In this document: in pieces, positions 9,476-19,982 of the stretch
Layout: each line of letters starts with the position of its first letter
Position numbering within the stretch: the stretch's first letter is position 1
DNA from: Candidatus Bipolaricaulota bacterium
GTDB taxonomy: Bacteria; Bipolaricaulota; Bipolaricaulia; M55B111
DNA length: 64,000 nucleotides
Direction of reading: 5' to 3'
Assembly: GCA_021735245.1 (NCBI GenBank)
Contig: JAIPHJ010000001.1
Span: forward strand, 20,837 to 84,836
Program-made: the position numbers and the translations under genes
Notes under the pieces: generated by a model
The model's database searches: none
What the model was told of the DNA's origin: nothing
The model's input: only the letters and a program-made list of their open reading frames with translations

Positions 9476-10039
9476 CTATCCGATCTCCGCTTCTTCCCCG
9501 CCGGAAAGTTTACCTTCTTTCCTGATTATTTCTTCGCCTTTGTACTTTATGCCTTTACCTTTATAAGGTTCCGGTGGACGAAGGCTCTTTATATCGGCAG
9601 CCACCTGACCAACTACCTGCTTTTCCGGGCCTTTGATGGTGACCTGATCGTTGTCCTCCACCTCGGCCTCTATATTTTCAGGCAGGGGGTACTCGATGGG
9701 ATGAGAGTAACCCAGTTCAAAAACCAGACTCCCCCCCTGTTTCCTCACCCGGTATCCGAGTCCTTCCAGAACCAGTGTTTTTTCAAACGGATTCACCAGT
9801 CCTTCAACCATGTTTGCAACCAAACTACGATAAAGTCCGTGCTTTTCTTTGTACTCCTTCTTATCCGCCTTCCGTCCCATCACCAGTTCGTCATCATTTA
9901 TCTCAGCAGTAACGAAATCAGGATCGTATTCCTGGGTGAATTCGAGTCCGTTCTCAGCTTTTGCTGTAACAGCCCCGTCTTCAACCGTCAGTTCGACGCT
10001 TTCCGGAATATCTATCGGCGTCTTACCTACTTTAGACAT
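9476..10039 (-). CDS. rplF: 50S ribosomal protein L6
   Basis: 187 aa, MSKVGKTPIDIP. Confidence 0.9.
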   Translation of the reverse strand: MSKVGKTPIDIPESVELTVEDGAVTAKAENGLEFTQEYDPDFVTAEINDDELVMGRKADKKEYKEKHGLYRSLVANMVEGLVNPFEKTLVLEGLGYRVRKQGGSLVFELGYSHPIEYPLPENIEAEVEDNDQVTIKGPEKQVVGQVAADIKSLRPPEPYKGKGIKYKGEEIIRKEGKLSGGEEAEIG

Positions 10040-10049
10040 CTAAATCACC

Positions 10050-10448
10050 TCACCAGACCTTGAACAGCAGTTCCCCGCCAACGTTATCCTCTCTGGCGTC
10101 CTTACCCGTCATTAGACCACGGGACGTACTGAGAACTACGGTTCCCAGCCCACCCAGGACCTGAGGAATTTCTCCCTGAGAGACGTAAACACGCCTCGAC
10201 GGTTTACTTACCTTTTCCATACCGTCTATAACCGGTTCTCCTTCGTTATAACTGAGTCCTATCTCCAGTTCCTTCTTGTTACCCGGTAACTCTTCAACCT
10301 CGAAGTCCGAAACATAACCCTCGTTAACCAATACTTCCGCAACCGACTCCTTAAGGTTCGAGCTGGGCAAGGTAACGCTATCATGCCCCATCCGACTGGC
10401 GTTTCTTATTCTGGCGATCATGTCGCTTAGTGGATCCTGCGTTGTCAT
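10050..10448 (-). CDS. rpsH: 30S ribosomal protein S8
   Basis: 132 aa, DPLSDMIARIRNA. Confidence 0.95.
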   Translation of the reverse strand: MTTQDPLSDMIARIRNASRMGHDSVTLPSSNLKESVAEVLVNEGYVSDFEVEELPGNKKELEIGLSYNEGEPVIDGMEKVSKPSRRVYVSQGEIPQVLGGLGTVVLSTSRGLMTGKDAREDNVGGELLFKVW

Positions 10449-10470
10449 TTATGCTCCTCCCGGTATTGCT

Positions 10471-10656
10471 TTACCAGCTAGCTTTTTTAACACCCGGCAA
10501 CTCTCCCTTGTGGGCTAACTCTCGAAAGCATACTCTACATATACCGAAATCCCTTATGTAGCCCCTGGAACGTCCACAAATATTACACCTGTTATAATCC
10601 CTTACATCGTATTTCTTTTCTTCTTCCGCTTTTTCAATCAGTGCTTTTCGAGCCAT
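10471..10656 (-). CDS. rpsZ: 30S ribosomal protein S14 type Z (zinc-binding)
   Basis: 61 aa from MARKAL, with Zn motif CNICGRSRG...CRVCFRE. Confidence 0.9.
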   Translation of the reverse strand: MARKALIEKAEEEKKYDVRDYNRCNICGRSRGYIRDFGICRVCFRELAHKGELPGVKKASW

Positions 10657-10668
10657 AACAACCTCCAA

Positions 10669-11199
10669 TTATTCTCTGAATGGGGAACCAAGTTCTTTAA
10701 GGAGATAGGATCCTTCTCTGTCTGTTTCAGCGCTGGTAACGATGGTTATATCCATCCCCTGGACCTGCCTAACGTCGTCAAACGTGACCTCCGGGAAAAC
10801 CAACTGCTCGTCCATTCCCAGACTGTAGTTACCTCGGCCGTCAAACGAATCAGGAGAAAGACCACGAAAGTCCCTAATACTGGGCAAAGCTACGTTATAA
10901 AGTTTGTTTAGAAACTCGTACGCTCTTTTACCCCTCAGAGTCACCTTACAACCCACAGGCACACCTCTTCTGATATCAAAATCCGATATCGATTTTCGGG
11001 CTCGCGTCACTACGGGTCTTTGCCCGGTTATGTTCATCAGGTTTTCCACTGCACCGTCTATTATACTTGGGTCTTCGTGCTCCGAGATACCCATATTTAC
11101 TACGACCTTCTCTACCTCAGGTACCTCCATGGGATTGTCGTAACCTAACTCTTTCATCAGCGTGTCCCTTACTTCTTCTTCGTATTTTTCGTTGAGCAT
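10669..11199 (-). CDS. rplE: 50S ribosomal protein L5
   Basis: 176 aa. Confidence 0.95.
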   Translation of the reverse strand: MLNEKYEEEVRDTLMKELGYDNPMEVPEVEKVVVNMGISEHEDPSIIDGAVENLMNITGQRPVVTRARKSISDFDIRRGVPVGCKVTLRGKRAYEFLNKLYNVALPSIRDFRGLSPDSFDGRGNYSLGMDEQLVFPEVTFDDVRQVQGMDITIVTSAETDREGSYLLKELGSPFRE

Positions 11200-11202
11200 T
11201 TC

Positions 11203-11514
11203 CTAATCCAGAACCCCCTCGCACTTCTTACACACCCTAACCTTATCCCCGGCTACCTCGTCGAATCCAACACGAGTTGGCTCGTCACATGACGGACATA
11301 CAGGCATTACGTTTGAAATATCTATCGGCTCCTCTCGCTCAATTATTCCCGGCTCCTTCTGTTGTTGAGTCCTACCCTGGTGTTTCAATCTAAAGTTTAC
11401 GTTTTCTACTACCACTCGATTATTTTTGGGATCAACACTCAGTACCTCTCCCACTTTACCTTTATCGTTGCCGGAAATTACCTTTACCCTGTCACCTTTC
11501 TGAACTTTCCTCAT
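11203..11514 (-). CDS. rplX: 50S ribosomal protein L24
   Basis: 103 aa with a KOW motif (KGDRVKVISGNDKGKVGEV). Confidence 0.9.
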   Translation of the reverse strand: MRKVQKGDRVKVISGNDKGKVGEVLSVDPKNNRVVVENVNFRLKHQGRTQQQKEPGIIEREEPIDISNVMPVCPSCDEPTRVGFDEVAGDKVRVCKKCEGVLD

Positions 11515-11524
11515 AGTTAACCTC

Positions 11525-11893
11525 CTATAGAACCTCGGGCGCCAAGGATATTATACGAAGCATATTCCCTTCCCTGAGTTCTCTTGTTACTGGTCCAAAA
11601 ATCCTCGTTCCCACCGGTTCCATCCTGTCATCAACCAGAACGGCGGCGTTATCGTCGAACCTTATATAGGATCCGTCTTCTCTGCGGTAGTTTCCCGCAG
11701 TTCTCACGATAACTGCCTGAACGATTTCTCCCTTTTCAAGGTCGCTATCGGGTATCCGTTTCTTGACGGAAGCCGTAATCAAATCGCCTATCTGGCCCTG
11801 GTTCTTGTTGGATTGGCCTAGAACGTTAATACACCTCAACCTTTTCGCGCCTGAATTATCAGCCACTTTCAATTCCGTCTCCTGGTGGATCAC
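11525..11893 (-). CDS. rplN: 50S ribosomal protein L14 (GTG start)
   Basis: From the GTG the product is [16 protein letters not shown], matching the canonical [16 protein letters not shown]. The ORF-track start further upstream would overlap rpsQ excessively. Confidence 0.9.
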   Translation of the reverse strand: MIHQETELKVADNSGAKRLRCINVLGQSNKNQGQIGDLITASVKKRIPDSDLEKGEIVQAVIVRTAGNYRREDGSYIRFDDNAAVLVDDRMEPVGTRIFGPVTRELREGNMLRIISLAPEVL

Positions 11894-12141
11894 GTTTCCC
11901 CTCCCGACCTTTCCAGCACTTCCGTTAGCTTCCACCGTTTCTTTTTGCTTATGGGCCTAGTCTCGGATATCAGCACCCGGTCTCCTTCCTGAGCTTCCTC
12001 GTTCTCGTCGTGGGCGTAGAACTTTGAACGCTGCTTAAGGTACTTCTTGTACCGCGGGTGCTGCCTCTGGGTGTCTACAGTGACAGTAATGGTTTTGTCC
12101 ATCGCGGCACTGACCACCCTTCCTTTCTTCGTCTTTTTCAT
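11890..12141 (-). CDS. rpsQ: 30S ribosomal protein S17
   Basis: 83 aa. Confidence 0.9.
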   Translation of the reverse strand: MKKTKKGRVVSAAMDKTITVTVDTQRQHPRYKKYLKQRSKFYAHDENEEAQEGDRVLISETRPISKKKRWKLTEVLERSGGET

Positions 12142-12338
12142 TTCACTTCTTCCCCCTCACTTTCCCTTTGAATTGTCTTCGCTCGAGCTATATCTTTCCT
12201 CGTTTTCTTGATTTCAGCAGTATTGTCCAGTTCTCCAGTGGCCTTTTGAAACCTTAGATTAAACAGTTTTTCCTTTAACTCGGCGACCTTTTCCTCCAGT
12301 TCTTCGGAGGTCATTTCCCTCAGTTCCCCGGGCCTCAT
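12138..12338 (-). CDS. rpmC: 50S ribosomal protein L29
   Basis: 66 aa from MRPGELREMTSEELEEKVAELKEKLFNLRFQ. The ORF-track start lies inside rplP. Confidence 0.85.
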   Translation of the reverse strand: MRPGELREMTSEELEEKVAELKEKLFNLRFQKATGELDNTAEIKKTRKDIARAKTIQRESEGEEVK

Positions 12339-12763
12339 TTTTCTCCTCCCAGCTTTATCCTTTCTTTCAACCTCGTCTTTATCGGCAGCTTGTAGGAAAC
12401 CAACTGGTGTAATCGTTTGGCCTTTTCGGCGTCCACGCCCGAGAATTCGAAGACGATCCTTCCCGGCCTTATAACTGCTACCCATTCTGCCGGTTCTCCT
12501 TTTCCCTTACCCATTCTGGTTTCCGCAGGAGTCTTGGTAATGGGTTTGTCAGGGAAGACTCTTACCCAGATTTTTGAATCACGCTGGGTTTCGTGTGCCA
12601 GGGTCATCCTCGCCGTTTCTATTTGCTTGCTGGTCAGCCATCCAGGGTCCTTTGCCTGAATACCGTATTCCCCGAAAGAGACCTTATTGCCCCTGCTGGC
12701 TTTTCCTTTTGTCCTACCACGTTGTTGTTTTCTATGTTTCGTTTCAGCTGGATATAATGCCAT
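12335..12763 (-). CDS. rplP: 50S ribosomal protein L16
   Basis: 142 aa, RKQQRGR. Confidence 0.95.
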   Translation of the reverse strand: MALYPAETKHRKQQRGRTKGKASRGNKVSFGEYGIQAKDPGWLTSKQIETARMTLAHETQRDSKIWVRVFPDKPITKTPAETRMGKGKGEPAEWVAVIRPGRIVFEFSGVDAEKAKRLHQLVSYKLPIKTRLKERIKLGGEK

Positions 12764-12779
12764 TGGTTACCATCCTCGA

Positions 12780-13436
12780 TTAGAGACTTAACCCCTCGGG
12801 TACACCCTCGGGCAATAATTCTTCTCGGAAAACCCAAGCCTTGACTCCAATCGGTCCGTATTTCGTCCGGGCTTCGATAAATCCGTAATCTATATCGGCT
12901 CTTATCGTCTGAAGCGGAATCCTCCCTTCGTCCTGGGATACCGACCGGGCGAGGTTTGCTCCCCCGATCCTGCCGGAGCATTTAACCTTTACACCTTTGG
13001 CTCCCTTGTTCATCGATCGAGATATTACTTCCTTCATTGCCCTACTTGGCGGTATCCTGTTCTCGATCTGAAATGCCACTTCTTGAGCTATTAACTGTGC
13101 CTGGAGGTGTGGATCCTGAGCTTCTTTGACAGATATATTTACGTTCCTGCCCGTTTTATCACTCAGTTCCTTCTGAAACTGGTTTATCTCGTTGCCCCCT
13201 TTACCAATTATTATTCCCGGACGCGCCGAGACAATTATCATCGAAATGCGATCGTCCCTCGGCCTTTCTATACTGACTTTCGCTATTCCTGCACCTCGAT
13301 AACGTTCCTCTATCAACTCGCGAATTTCGTGGTCTTCGGCGACGTACTCCGGGGCCTTCTCGTCGCTGTACCAATTCGATTGCCATTTCTTGTTAACGCC
13401 AACGCGAAAACCGACCGGGTTTACTTTCTGTCCCAT
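12780..13436 (-). CDS. rpsC: 30S ribosomal protein S3
   Basis: 218 aa, MGQKVNPVGFR. Confidence 0.95.
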   Translation of the reverse strand: MGQKVNPVGFRVGVNKKWQSNWYSDEKAPEYVAEDHEIRELIEERYRGAGIAKVSIERPRDDRISMIIVSARPGIIIGKGGNEINQFQKELSDKTGRNVNISVKEAQDPHLQAQLIAQEVAFQIENRIPPSRAMKEVISRSMNKGAKGVKVKCSGRIGGANLARSVSQDEGRIPLQTIRADIDYGFIEARTKYGPIGVKAWVFREELLPEGVPEGLSL

Positions 13437-13774
13437 TATTCTTCCTCCACTAGTATCACTGTAATATGGCTCTGTCTTCGTTGCATTAGATCGGCCCTAC
13501 CTTGAGCTCTTGGCTTCATCCGTTTCATAGTTTGCCCTTCGTCAACCGCGGCTTCTTTAACCTTTAGCCTATCCACTGCCATATCGTGGTTGTGCTGAGC
13601 GTTCGCTATCGCCGATTCGAGAGTATCTTTCAGAAACCGGGCGGCTTTCTTCTTGGAAAACTTTACCGTCTTTAACGCTTCATCAACAGATTTTCCCCGG
13701 ACGGCGTCGGCAACCGGCCGCGCTTTCTTCGGGGAAATTCTGACGTTTTTGGTAATAGCTTTGGCTTCTTTCAT
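13436..13774 (-). CDS. rplV: 50S ribosomal protein L22
   Basis: 112 aa. Confidence 0.9.
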   Translation of the reverse strand: MKEAKAITKNVRISPKKARPVADAVRGKSVDEALKTVKFSKKKAARFLKDTLESAIANAQHNHDMAVDRLKVKEAAVDEGQTMKRMKPRAQGRADLMQRRQSHITVILVEEE

Positions 13775-13775
13775 A

Positions 13776-14063
13776 CTAACCTACCGGAGTAATTGGCTCT
13801 TTTTTCGTAATGCCACCGTGTTCCCTGAACGTTCTGGTCCGAGCGAACTCACCGAGTTTGTGGCCAACCATATTCTCCGATATCTCCACTGGAACGTGGT
13901 CTTTCCCGTTGTGAACATTTATCGTCAGACCAACCATTTTGGGCAATATCGTAGAATCCCTCGACCAGGTCTTGATTTCCTCTATTTCGCCGTTCTTTGC
14001 TTTATCAACCTTTTCGTTCAAGCTGTCTTTTACGTATGGTCCTTTCTTAACTGACCTAGGCAT
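13776..14063 (-). CDS. rpsS: 30S ribosomal protein S19
   Basis: 95 aa, MPRSVKKGP. Confidence 0.95.
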   Translation of the reverse strand: MPRSVKKGPYVKDSLNEKVDKAKNGEIEEIKTWSRDSTILPKMVGLTINVHNGKDHVPVEISENMVGHKLGEFARTRTFREHGGITKKEPITPVG

Positions 14064-14065
14064 GA

Positions 14066-14902
14066 CTACCCCCTCTTTTTCTTCGTCCTTCGTCTAATTA
14101 TCTTTTCGTCACTTCCCTTCGCCTTTCTAGTCTTGCCACCTTTTGCAGGAACCCCCGTAGAAGAAACCGGAGGCCTGCCTACGTAAGCACGACCTTCTCC
14201 TCCTCCGTGTGGATGGTCTACGGCATTCTTGGCGGTACCTCTAACTTTCGGCTTTCTTCCCATGTGCCTTTTCCGGCCGGCCTTTCCACTCTTTACGTTC
14301 TTATGGCTCGGATTGCTCACCTGACCAACTGTGGCCTTACACTCGGGACTAAACGACCTGATTTCACCAGAGGGTAATTTTACGTCGATTCCCTCGGCGT
14401 CCTTGGCAACGATCCTGGCATCAACTCCCGCCGATCGGGCTATCCTTCCTCCGCTACCTGGAGAAAATTCCAGATTATGAATCGGCTTTCCGGCCGGAAT
14501 TTTCCTGAGAGGTAGCGCATTTCCGGGCCTGACCTCGGCTTCTCCTCCTGACTCTACCACGTCCCCAACTTCCAGTTTTAACGGGGAGATGATATAGCGT
14601 CGTTCACCGTCGGAGTAAAGCAATAAAGTAATCCAGGCAGACCTGTTCGGATCGTACTCGGTACTCATTACTCTCCCCTTTATCCCTTCTTTGTCGCGCT
14701 GAAAATCTATCTTCCTGTACTTCCTCTTGTGTCCTCCTCCGCGACCGCGAACTGTTTCTTTACCCTGGTTATTTCTACCGCCGGATTTTTTTAACGGTTC
14801 AAGCAGTGATTCCTCGGGCTCGTCAGTCGTCAACTCTTCAAAATCCGTCAGCTCCGCATGACGTCTTGAGGGCGTTACGGGTTTAAACCTTTTTATTCCC
14901 AT
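14066..14902 (-). CDS. rplB: 50S ribosomal protein L2
   Basis: 278 aa. Confidence 0.95.
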   Translation of the reverse strand: MGIKRFKPVTPSRRHAELTDFEELTTDEPEESLLEPLKKSGGRNNQGKETVRGRGGGHKRKYRKIDFQRDKEGIKGRVMSTEYDPNRSAWITLLLYSDGERRYIISPLKLEVGDVVESGGEAEVRPGNALPLRKIPAGKPIHNLEFSPGSGGRIARSAGVDARIVAKDAEGIDVKLPSGEIRSFSPECKATVGQVSNPSHKNVKSGKAGRKRHMGRKPKVRGTAKNAVDHPHGGGEGRAYVGRPPVSSTGVPAKGGKTRKAKGSDEKIIRRRTKKKRG

Positions 14903-14916
14903 TTTTTCACCTTATC

Positions 14917-15210
14917 CTATCCGAATATGTCAATCCTGTCCCCTTCGGCAAGCCTGACGTAGGCCTTTTTCCAGGCACTCGTCTTACCCTTTTCCTGGTT
15001 GAGTTGCTCTCTTTTCGGCTTTCCTTGGAGGTTCATAGTATTTACGTCGGTAACTTCCACGTCAAACAATTCTTCTACTGCCTCCCGTACCATCACTTTA
15101 TTGGCGTCAGGGTGGACCCTGAAGACGTACTTATTACTTTCCTCCTGGAGTCTCCAGGAATTCTCTGTCACGATCGGTTCTACAATGATATCTTCCGTGC
15201 TTAATTCCAT
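14917..15210 (-). CDS. rplW: 50S ribosomal protein L23
   Basis: 97 aa. Confidence 0.9.
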   Translation of the reverse strand: MELSTEDIIVEPIVTENSWRLQEESNKYVFRVHPDANKVMVREAVEELFDVEVTDVNTMNLQGKPKREQLNQEKGKTSAWKKAYVRLAEGDRIDIFG

Positions 15211-15867
15211 TTAGACCCCCTGCGCCTCCAGTTTACGGTCCAGTAAGATTTCGCTTAGTTCTTCGATGGATTTCCTCGTTATCAAAATCCCTTCATGGTT
15301 TAAGATTTCGTATGCATTAATCTGGGAAGTTGAGATGCATTTAGCAGTTGGAATATTGCTAAAGGACTTTTGAACTTTCCAACTATCTTCTTCCTGCGGC
15401 GAAATTATAAGAGTATCCTTGGGCAAATCAAGAGCTTCCAGCACCGACAGTGCTTTTTTAGTCTTCGGTTCTTCGAACTTCAGCTCTTCAACCACTAACA
15501 GATTGCCTTCGGAATATCGCGTCGAAAGGGCGCTGCGTATAGCCTTGTGTCTCATTTTCTTGGGTAGATCCATCCCGTGGTCTTTCGGCTTGGGACCAAA
15601 AATGACCCCGCCTCCGCTCCACAGGGGAGACGCTCTGGACCCATGTCTGGCTCTTCCCGTCCCTTTTTGGCGCCAGGGCTTTCTATTAGAACTTTTAACT
15701 TCTGACCTGTCCTTGGTGCTGGCGGTACCGGCTCTCCCGTTTGCCCTGTAAGCTTTGACCGCTCGATAAAGGAGGTCATTATGAAATTCCAGCCCCAGTA
15801 AATCCTCGGAAACCTCTATCTCTTCGCTCAGGTTACCTTCTTCGTCTTTAACGTTTAGTTCAATCAT
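15211..15867 (-). CDS. rplD: 50S ribosomal protein L4
   Basis: 218 aa. Confidence 0.9.
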   Translation of the reverse strand: MIELNVKDEEGNLSEEIEVSEDLLGLEFHNDLLYRAVKAYRANGRAGTASTKDRSEVKSSNRKPWRQKGTGRARHGSRASPLWSGGGVIFGPKPKDHGMDLPKKMRHKAIRSALSTRYSEGNLLVVEELKFEEPKTKKALSVLEALDLPKDTLIISPQEEDSWKVQKSFSNIPTAKCISTSQINAYEILNHEGILITRKSIEELSEILLDRKLEAQGV

Positions 15868-16483
15868 TGCTACCCCTGATCTGAATCAAATTATCTCTGG
15901 GTCCCGGAACTGAACCTTTGAGCACCAACAGGTTGTCCTCGGGGCTGGCTTTTAGAACTTCCAGGTTCTGAATGGTAACGGTTTCGTTCCCCGTTCTACC
16001 CGGCAATTTCTGTCCCTTCAAAACCCTGCCGGGCTCGACACACATGCCAACAGAACCGGGCTTTCTATGAAACCTGGAACCGTGGGTCTTCGGACCGCCC
16101 GAGAAATTCCATCGCTTTACAACACCCTGAAAACCCTTTCCTTTCGAGTTACCTGTCACGTCCACCTCATTACCTGATTGAAATTGTTCCACGGTTATTT
16201 CATCGCCCGAGTCGTAGTCTTCAGGATTATCCACTCTATACTCTACCAGGTACTTTTTGGGCTGAACGCCGTACTTGTCAAAATGGCCCTTCATCGGCTT
16301 GGTCAACTTTCTCTTTTCGGTATCCTTGTAGCCAAGTTGAACTCCGTTATAGCCGTCCTTTTCGAGGGTCTTCACCTGCACAACCACCGCGGGCTCGGAT
16401 TTTATTACAGTAGCTCCCACAGCAGCACCTGATTCCTTAAAGTACTGAGTCATTCCAACTTTTTCCCCTAACGTCCCTAACAT
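15860..16483 (-). CDS. rplC: 50S ribosomal protein L3
   Basis: 207 aa. Confidence 0.95.
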   Translation of the reverse strand: MLGTLGEKVGMTQYFKESGAAVGATVIKSEPAVVVQVKTLEKDGYNGVQLGYKDTEKRKLTKPMKGHFDKYGVQPKKYLVEYRVDNPEDYDSGDEITVEQFQSGNEVDVTGNSKGKGFQGVVKRWNFSGGPKTHGSRFHRKPGSVGMCVEPGRVLKGQKLPGRTGNETVTIQNLEVLKASPEDNLLVLKGSVPGPRDNLIQIRGSND

Positions 16484-16528
16484 TTTGTGAACCTCCCAGT
16501 TAATCCAATGACAAATTGACTATAAAGT

Positions 16529-16837
16529 TTAAAGTTTTATCTCGACGTCGATTCCGGTTGGCAGTTCTATGTCCATCAAGGCATTAATCGTCTCTGAGGT
16601 CGGTTCCTGTATATCGATCAACCTGTTATGTATCCGTCTTTCAAAGTGCTCCATTGAGGTCTTGTTGACATGGGGTGATCGAAGAACAGTATACAGTTTC
16701 CTTTCTGTGGGAAGCGGCACCGGACCGGAAATCTTCGCTCTGGTTTCTTCCGCAGTCTTTACTATTTTCTCAACCGACCTGTCGACCAACTCGTGGTCGT
16801 AACCTTTGAGCTTTATTCTTATTTTTTCTCTTGCCAT
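16529..16837 (-). CDS. rpsJ: 30S ribosomal protein S10
   Basis: 102 aa. Confidence 0.95.
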   Translation of the reverse strand: MAREKIRIKLKGYDHELVDRSVEKIVKTAEETRAKISGPVPLPTERKLYTVLRSPHVNKTSMEHFERRIHNRLIDIQEPTSETINALMDIELPTGIDVEIKL

Positions 16838-16839
16838 TT

Positions 16840-18969
16840 TTAATAACCTCGTTTATTTAAGATTTCCTCCTTTACTTTCCTCGGTACTTCTTGAAAATGA
16901 GAAAAACTCAACGAATAGGTACCTCGACCCCTCGTAATGGAACGAAGCCTCGTAGCGTAACCAAACGACTCGGCAAGAGGAAGCTTGAACTCTATCAGCT
17001 GGATCCCCTCGCGGCTCTCTATTCCCGTCACTTTCCCTCGACGTTTGGATATATCTTCCATCACGTCCCCGACGTGATCCCCGGGAACGAATACCTCTCC
17101 TTCCATGATAGGTTCGAGCAACCGCGAATTTCCTTTGAGAGCCCGGGTAGTTGCCCGCGATCCTGCCGCCTTGAAAGCCATGTCGGAAGAATCCACGGGA
17201 TGGTGGGCTCCGTCGTAAAGAGTAGCCCTTACGTCCGTTACCTTATAGCCGGCCAGTTGGCCGTTCCCAAGGGATTCTTCGATTCCCTTTCTGACTGATT
17301 TGATATACTCCTTTGGAACTCTCCCTTCCTTTATCTGGTTTTCGAATTCGATCCCGGCGCCGCGCTTAAGAGGCTCGAAATGAATCTTGACCCGAGCATA
17401 CTGGCCCCTGCCTCCGGTCTGCTTGGCAAATTCCTCGTCGACATCGGAGTCCGTCTCCAGTGTCTCTTTATACGTGACACTCGGTTTACCCACGAGAGCC
17501 TCAACGTCAAATTCCTCTTTAAGCCTTCTCGTCAAAATCTCCAGGTGAAGTTCACCCATACCCGAAATTATCGTCTGATTCGTGTCCGGATCGTTTTCGA
17601 CCTTGAAAGTCGGATCCTCTTTGGCGAGCTTTTGGATAGCCTCGGTTAGTCGGCTTTCGTCAGATTCCTTCCTGGGCTCTATTGACACGGATATAACGGG
17701 TTCTGGAAAATCTATTCGCTGGAGAACTATGGGGTCTTCTTTGCTACAAAGAGTTTCTCCGGTAGAGGTATGGTCGGGGCCGACCACCGCTACAATGTCC
17801 CCCGCCTTTGCCTTTTCCACTCTTTCTCTCCGGTTTGCATGCATGTGGAACATCCGGGAGATCCTTTCCGTTTTGCCCGAGTTCGGGTTAAAGACGTTAT
17901 CTCCTTCCTCCAGCGTTCCCGAATAGATTCTTAAATAAATTAGCGTCCCGGTATACTGGTCAGTGGTTACCTTAAACGCAAGGCTTGCAAGCGGTTCCTC
18001 CGGCGAAGGATATCTCTTTAACTTTTCTCCGTCCTCCCCTCCATCCACTCTAAACCCTTCAACCGCCGGAACGTCGTTCGGGCTGGGAAGATAATCGACC
18101 ACGGCATCCAGAATCGGTTGCACTCCAACGTTCTTCAGAGCCGAACCGCCCAGTACCGGTACACAAGAACCAACTATAGTAGCCTTACGTATAGCCCTGA
18201 CGAGCAGGTCCCGTGAAATCTTTTCTTCTTCCAGGAACTTCATCATCAACTCGTCGTCGTACTCGGCGGCTTTCTCAATAAGATCTTCTCTCCACCTGGC
18301 CGCCTTGTCCTTTACGTCGTCCGGAATCGGACTGCGTTCGAATTCCGCCCCTTTCGTCTCCTGATCCCAGGTCATTAGGGAAGGATTAATCAGATCCACC
18401 ATCCCTAACAGCTCGTCCGACTCGTCCCTATAAGCTAATTGAAGCGGCAGGGTGGTTACCCCTAACCGCTCCTCAATCATTTCTATCGTCTTGTCGTAAC
18501 GGGACTCAGTCCTGTCCAGTTTATTAACAAAGGCAATTCTCGGCACGTCGTACCGATCCGCCTGGCGCCAGACCTTTTCCGACTGGGATTCCACCATTTC
18601 AACGCCAGAGAAAAGAGCCACCGCTCCGTCCAGTACTCTCAGCGACCTCTCTACCTCGGCAGTAAAATCCACGTGACCGGGAGTATCTATAATATTAATT
18701 TGATGATCCTGCCAGTAACAGGTAGTAGCGGCAGAAGTAATCGTTATTCCCCGCTCTTTTTCCTGATCCATCCAGTCCATTTCTGCATCCCCGTCGTGGA
18801 CTTCCCCGATCTTATATGTCCGACCGGAATAATAGAGCATCCGCTCCGTTGCCGTAGTCTTCCCTGCATCGATATGGGCCATTATACCGATGTTCCGCAT
18901 CTCCTCGAGTTCTTCGTCCCTAATTTCCTCGTCCACGATCTCGTCTGACTTCTGTTTTGTCATTATCAT
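16840..18969 (-). CDS. fusA: Elongation factor G
   Basis: 709 aa with G-domain [14 protein letters not shown]. It runs directly into rpsJ with no tuf between them. Confidence 0.95.
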   Translation of the reverse strand: MIMTKQKSDEIVDEEIRDEELEEMRNIGIMAHIDAGKTTATERMLYYSGRTYKIGEVHDGDAEMDWMDQEKERGITITSAATTCYWQDHQINIIDTPGHVDFTAEVERSLRVLDGAVALFSGVEMVESQSEKVWRQADRYDVPRIAFVNKLDRTESRYDKTIEMIEERLGVTTLPLQLAYRDESDELLGMVDLINPSLMTWDQETKGAEFERSPIPDDVKDKAARWREDLIEKAAEYDDELMMKFLEEEKISRDLLVRAIRKATIVGSCVPVLGGSALKNVGVQPILDAVVDYLPSPNDVPAVEGFRVDGGEDGEKLKRYPSPEEPLASLAFKVTTDQYTGTLIYLRIYSGTLEEGDNVFNPNSGKTERISRMFHMHANRRERVEKAKAGDIVAVVGPDHTSTGETLCSKEDPIVLQRIDFPEPVISVSIEPRKESDESRLTEAIQKLAKEDPTFKVENDPDTNQTIISGMGELHLEILTRRLKEEFDVEALVGKPSVTYKETLETDSDVDEEFAKQTGGRGQYARVKIHFEPLKRGAGIEFENQIKEGRVPKEYIKSVRKGIEESLGNGQLAGYKVTDVRATLYDGAHHPVDSSDMAFKAAGSRATTRALKGNSRLLEPIMEGEVFVPGDHVGDVMEDISKRRGKVTGIESREGIQLIEFKLPLAESFGYATRLRSITRGRGTYSLSFSHFQEVPRKVKEEILNKRGY

Positions 18970-19081
18970 AAATATAGATCCCTATAAATTCCTAAAAGTA
19001 CCTAAGATACACAAAAACCCTTTCTCAAAAGGAAAGGACTTTATGGAGATAAAACCGGATTAGTTTCGAATCGCCGAAGAT

Positions 19082-19540
19082 TTACCAGCGATAATGGGCA
19101 AAGGCTTTATTTGCCTCTGCGCGACGGTGGGATTCAAGCTTTCTCTCGTAAGCTTCCCCTTCCTTGTTGCTGGCCAATATAATTTCGCTCGCCAGGCGCT
19201 CTTCCATCCGGGGTTCGTTTCTAGACGAAGCTACATCAACCAACCAGCGGAATGAGAGCGCAACCTGTCTATCGGATGAGACTTCGTAGGGCACCTGATA
19301 ATTTGCCCCTCCAACCCTTCGGCTTCTGGTTTCCAGATCGGGTGAAATATTGTCTATCGCTTCTCGAAAAACCTTGACCCCAGGCTCCCCTTCTCTCTCT
19401 TCGATTAGTGAAAAGGCCCCGTAGATAATTTTGTAAGCAAGGTTCTTATTCCCGTCCTGCATTATATAGTTTGCAAACTTCCCCACTAGCTTACTACCGT
19501 GCTTAATATCTTGTTCAACGTCTCTTCCAGGCAGTGCCAT
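19082..19540 (-). CDS. rpsG: 30S ribosomal protein S7
   Basis: 152 aa. Confidence 0.95.
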   Translation of the reverse strand: MALPGRDVEQDIKHGSKLVGKFANYIMQDGNKNLAYKIIYGAFSLIEEREGEPGVKVFREAIDNISPDLETRSRRVGGANYQVPYEVSSDRQVALSFRWLVDVASSRNEPRMEERLASEIILASNKEGEAYERKLESHRRAEANKAFAHYRW

Positions 19541-19552
19541 TAACCCATCCTC

Positions 19553-19924
19553 CTAACTCGGCTTCTTTGTTCCATATTTAGACCGACCCTGCTTTCGTCC
19601 ATCTACACCGGTTACGTCGTAAGCTCCCCGAACAATATGATATCTTACTCCCGGCAAATCTTTAACTCGGCCCCCTCTGACCAGAACTACGGCGTGCTCC
19701 TGGAGTTCGTGACCTTCGCCAGGGATGTATGCCGTCACTTCTTTACCGTTACTCAACCTGACTCGGGCAACTTTTCTTAACGCCGAGTTCGGCTTTTTCG
19801 GAGTTCTGGTATATACCCTGGTCACCACTCCACGTTTCTGGGGACAACCGTTCAGAGCGCGGGAGCTGGTTTTCTTCTTTTTACTCGATCTTCCTTTCCT
19901 CACTAGCTGATTAATCGTCGGCAT
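19553..19924 (-). CDS. rpsL: 30S ribosomal protein S12
   Basis: 123 aa, [12 protein letters not shown]. Confidence 0.95.
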   Translation of the reverse strand: MPTINQLVRKGRSSKKKKTSSRALNGCPQKRGVVTRVYTRTPKKPNSALRKVARVRLSNGKEVTAYIPGEGHELQEHAVVLVRGGRVKDLPGVRYHIVRGAYDVTGVDGRKQGRSKYGTKKPS

Positions 19925-19982
19925 ATCGTCTTATCATCACTCCTGTAAGTGCCAGAAATTATAAGCTAGCCCCTTTTTATTG

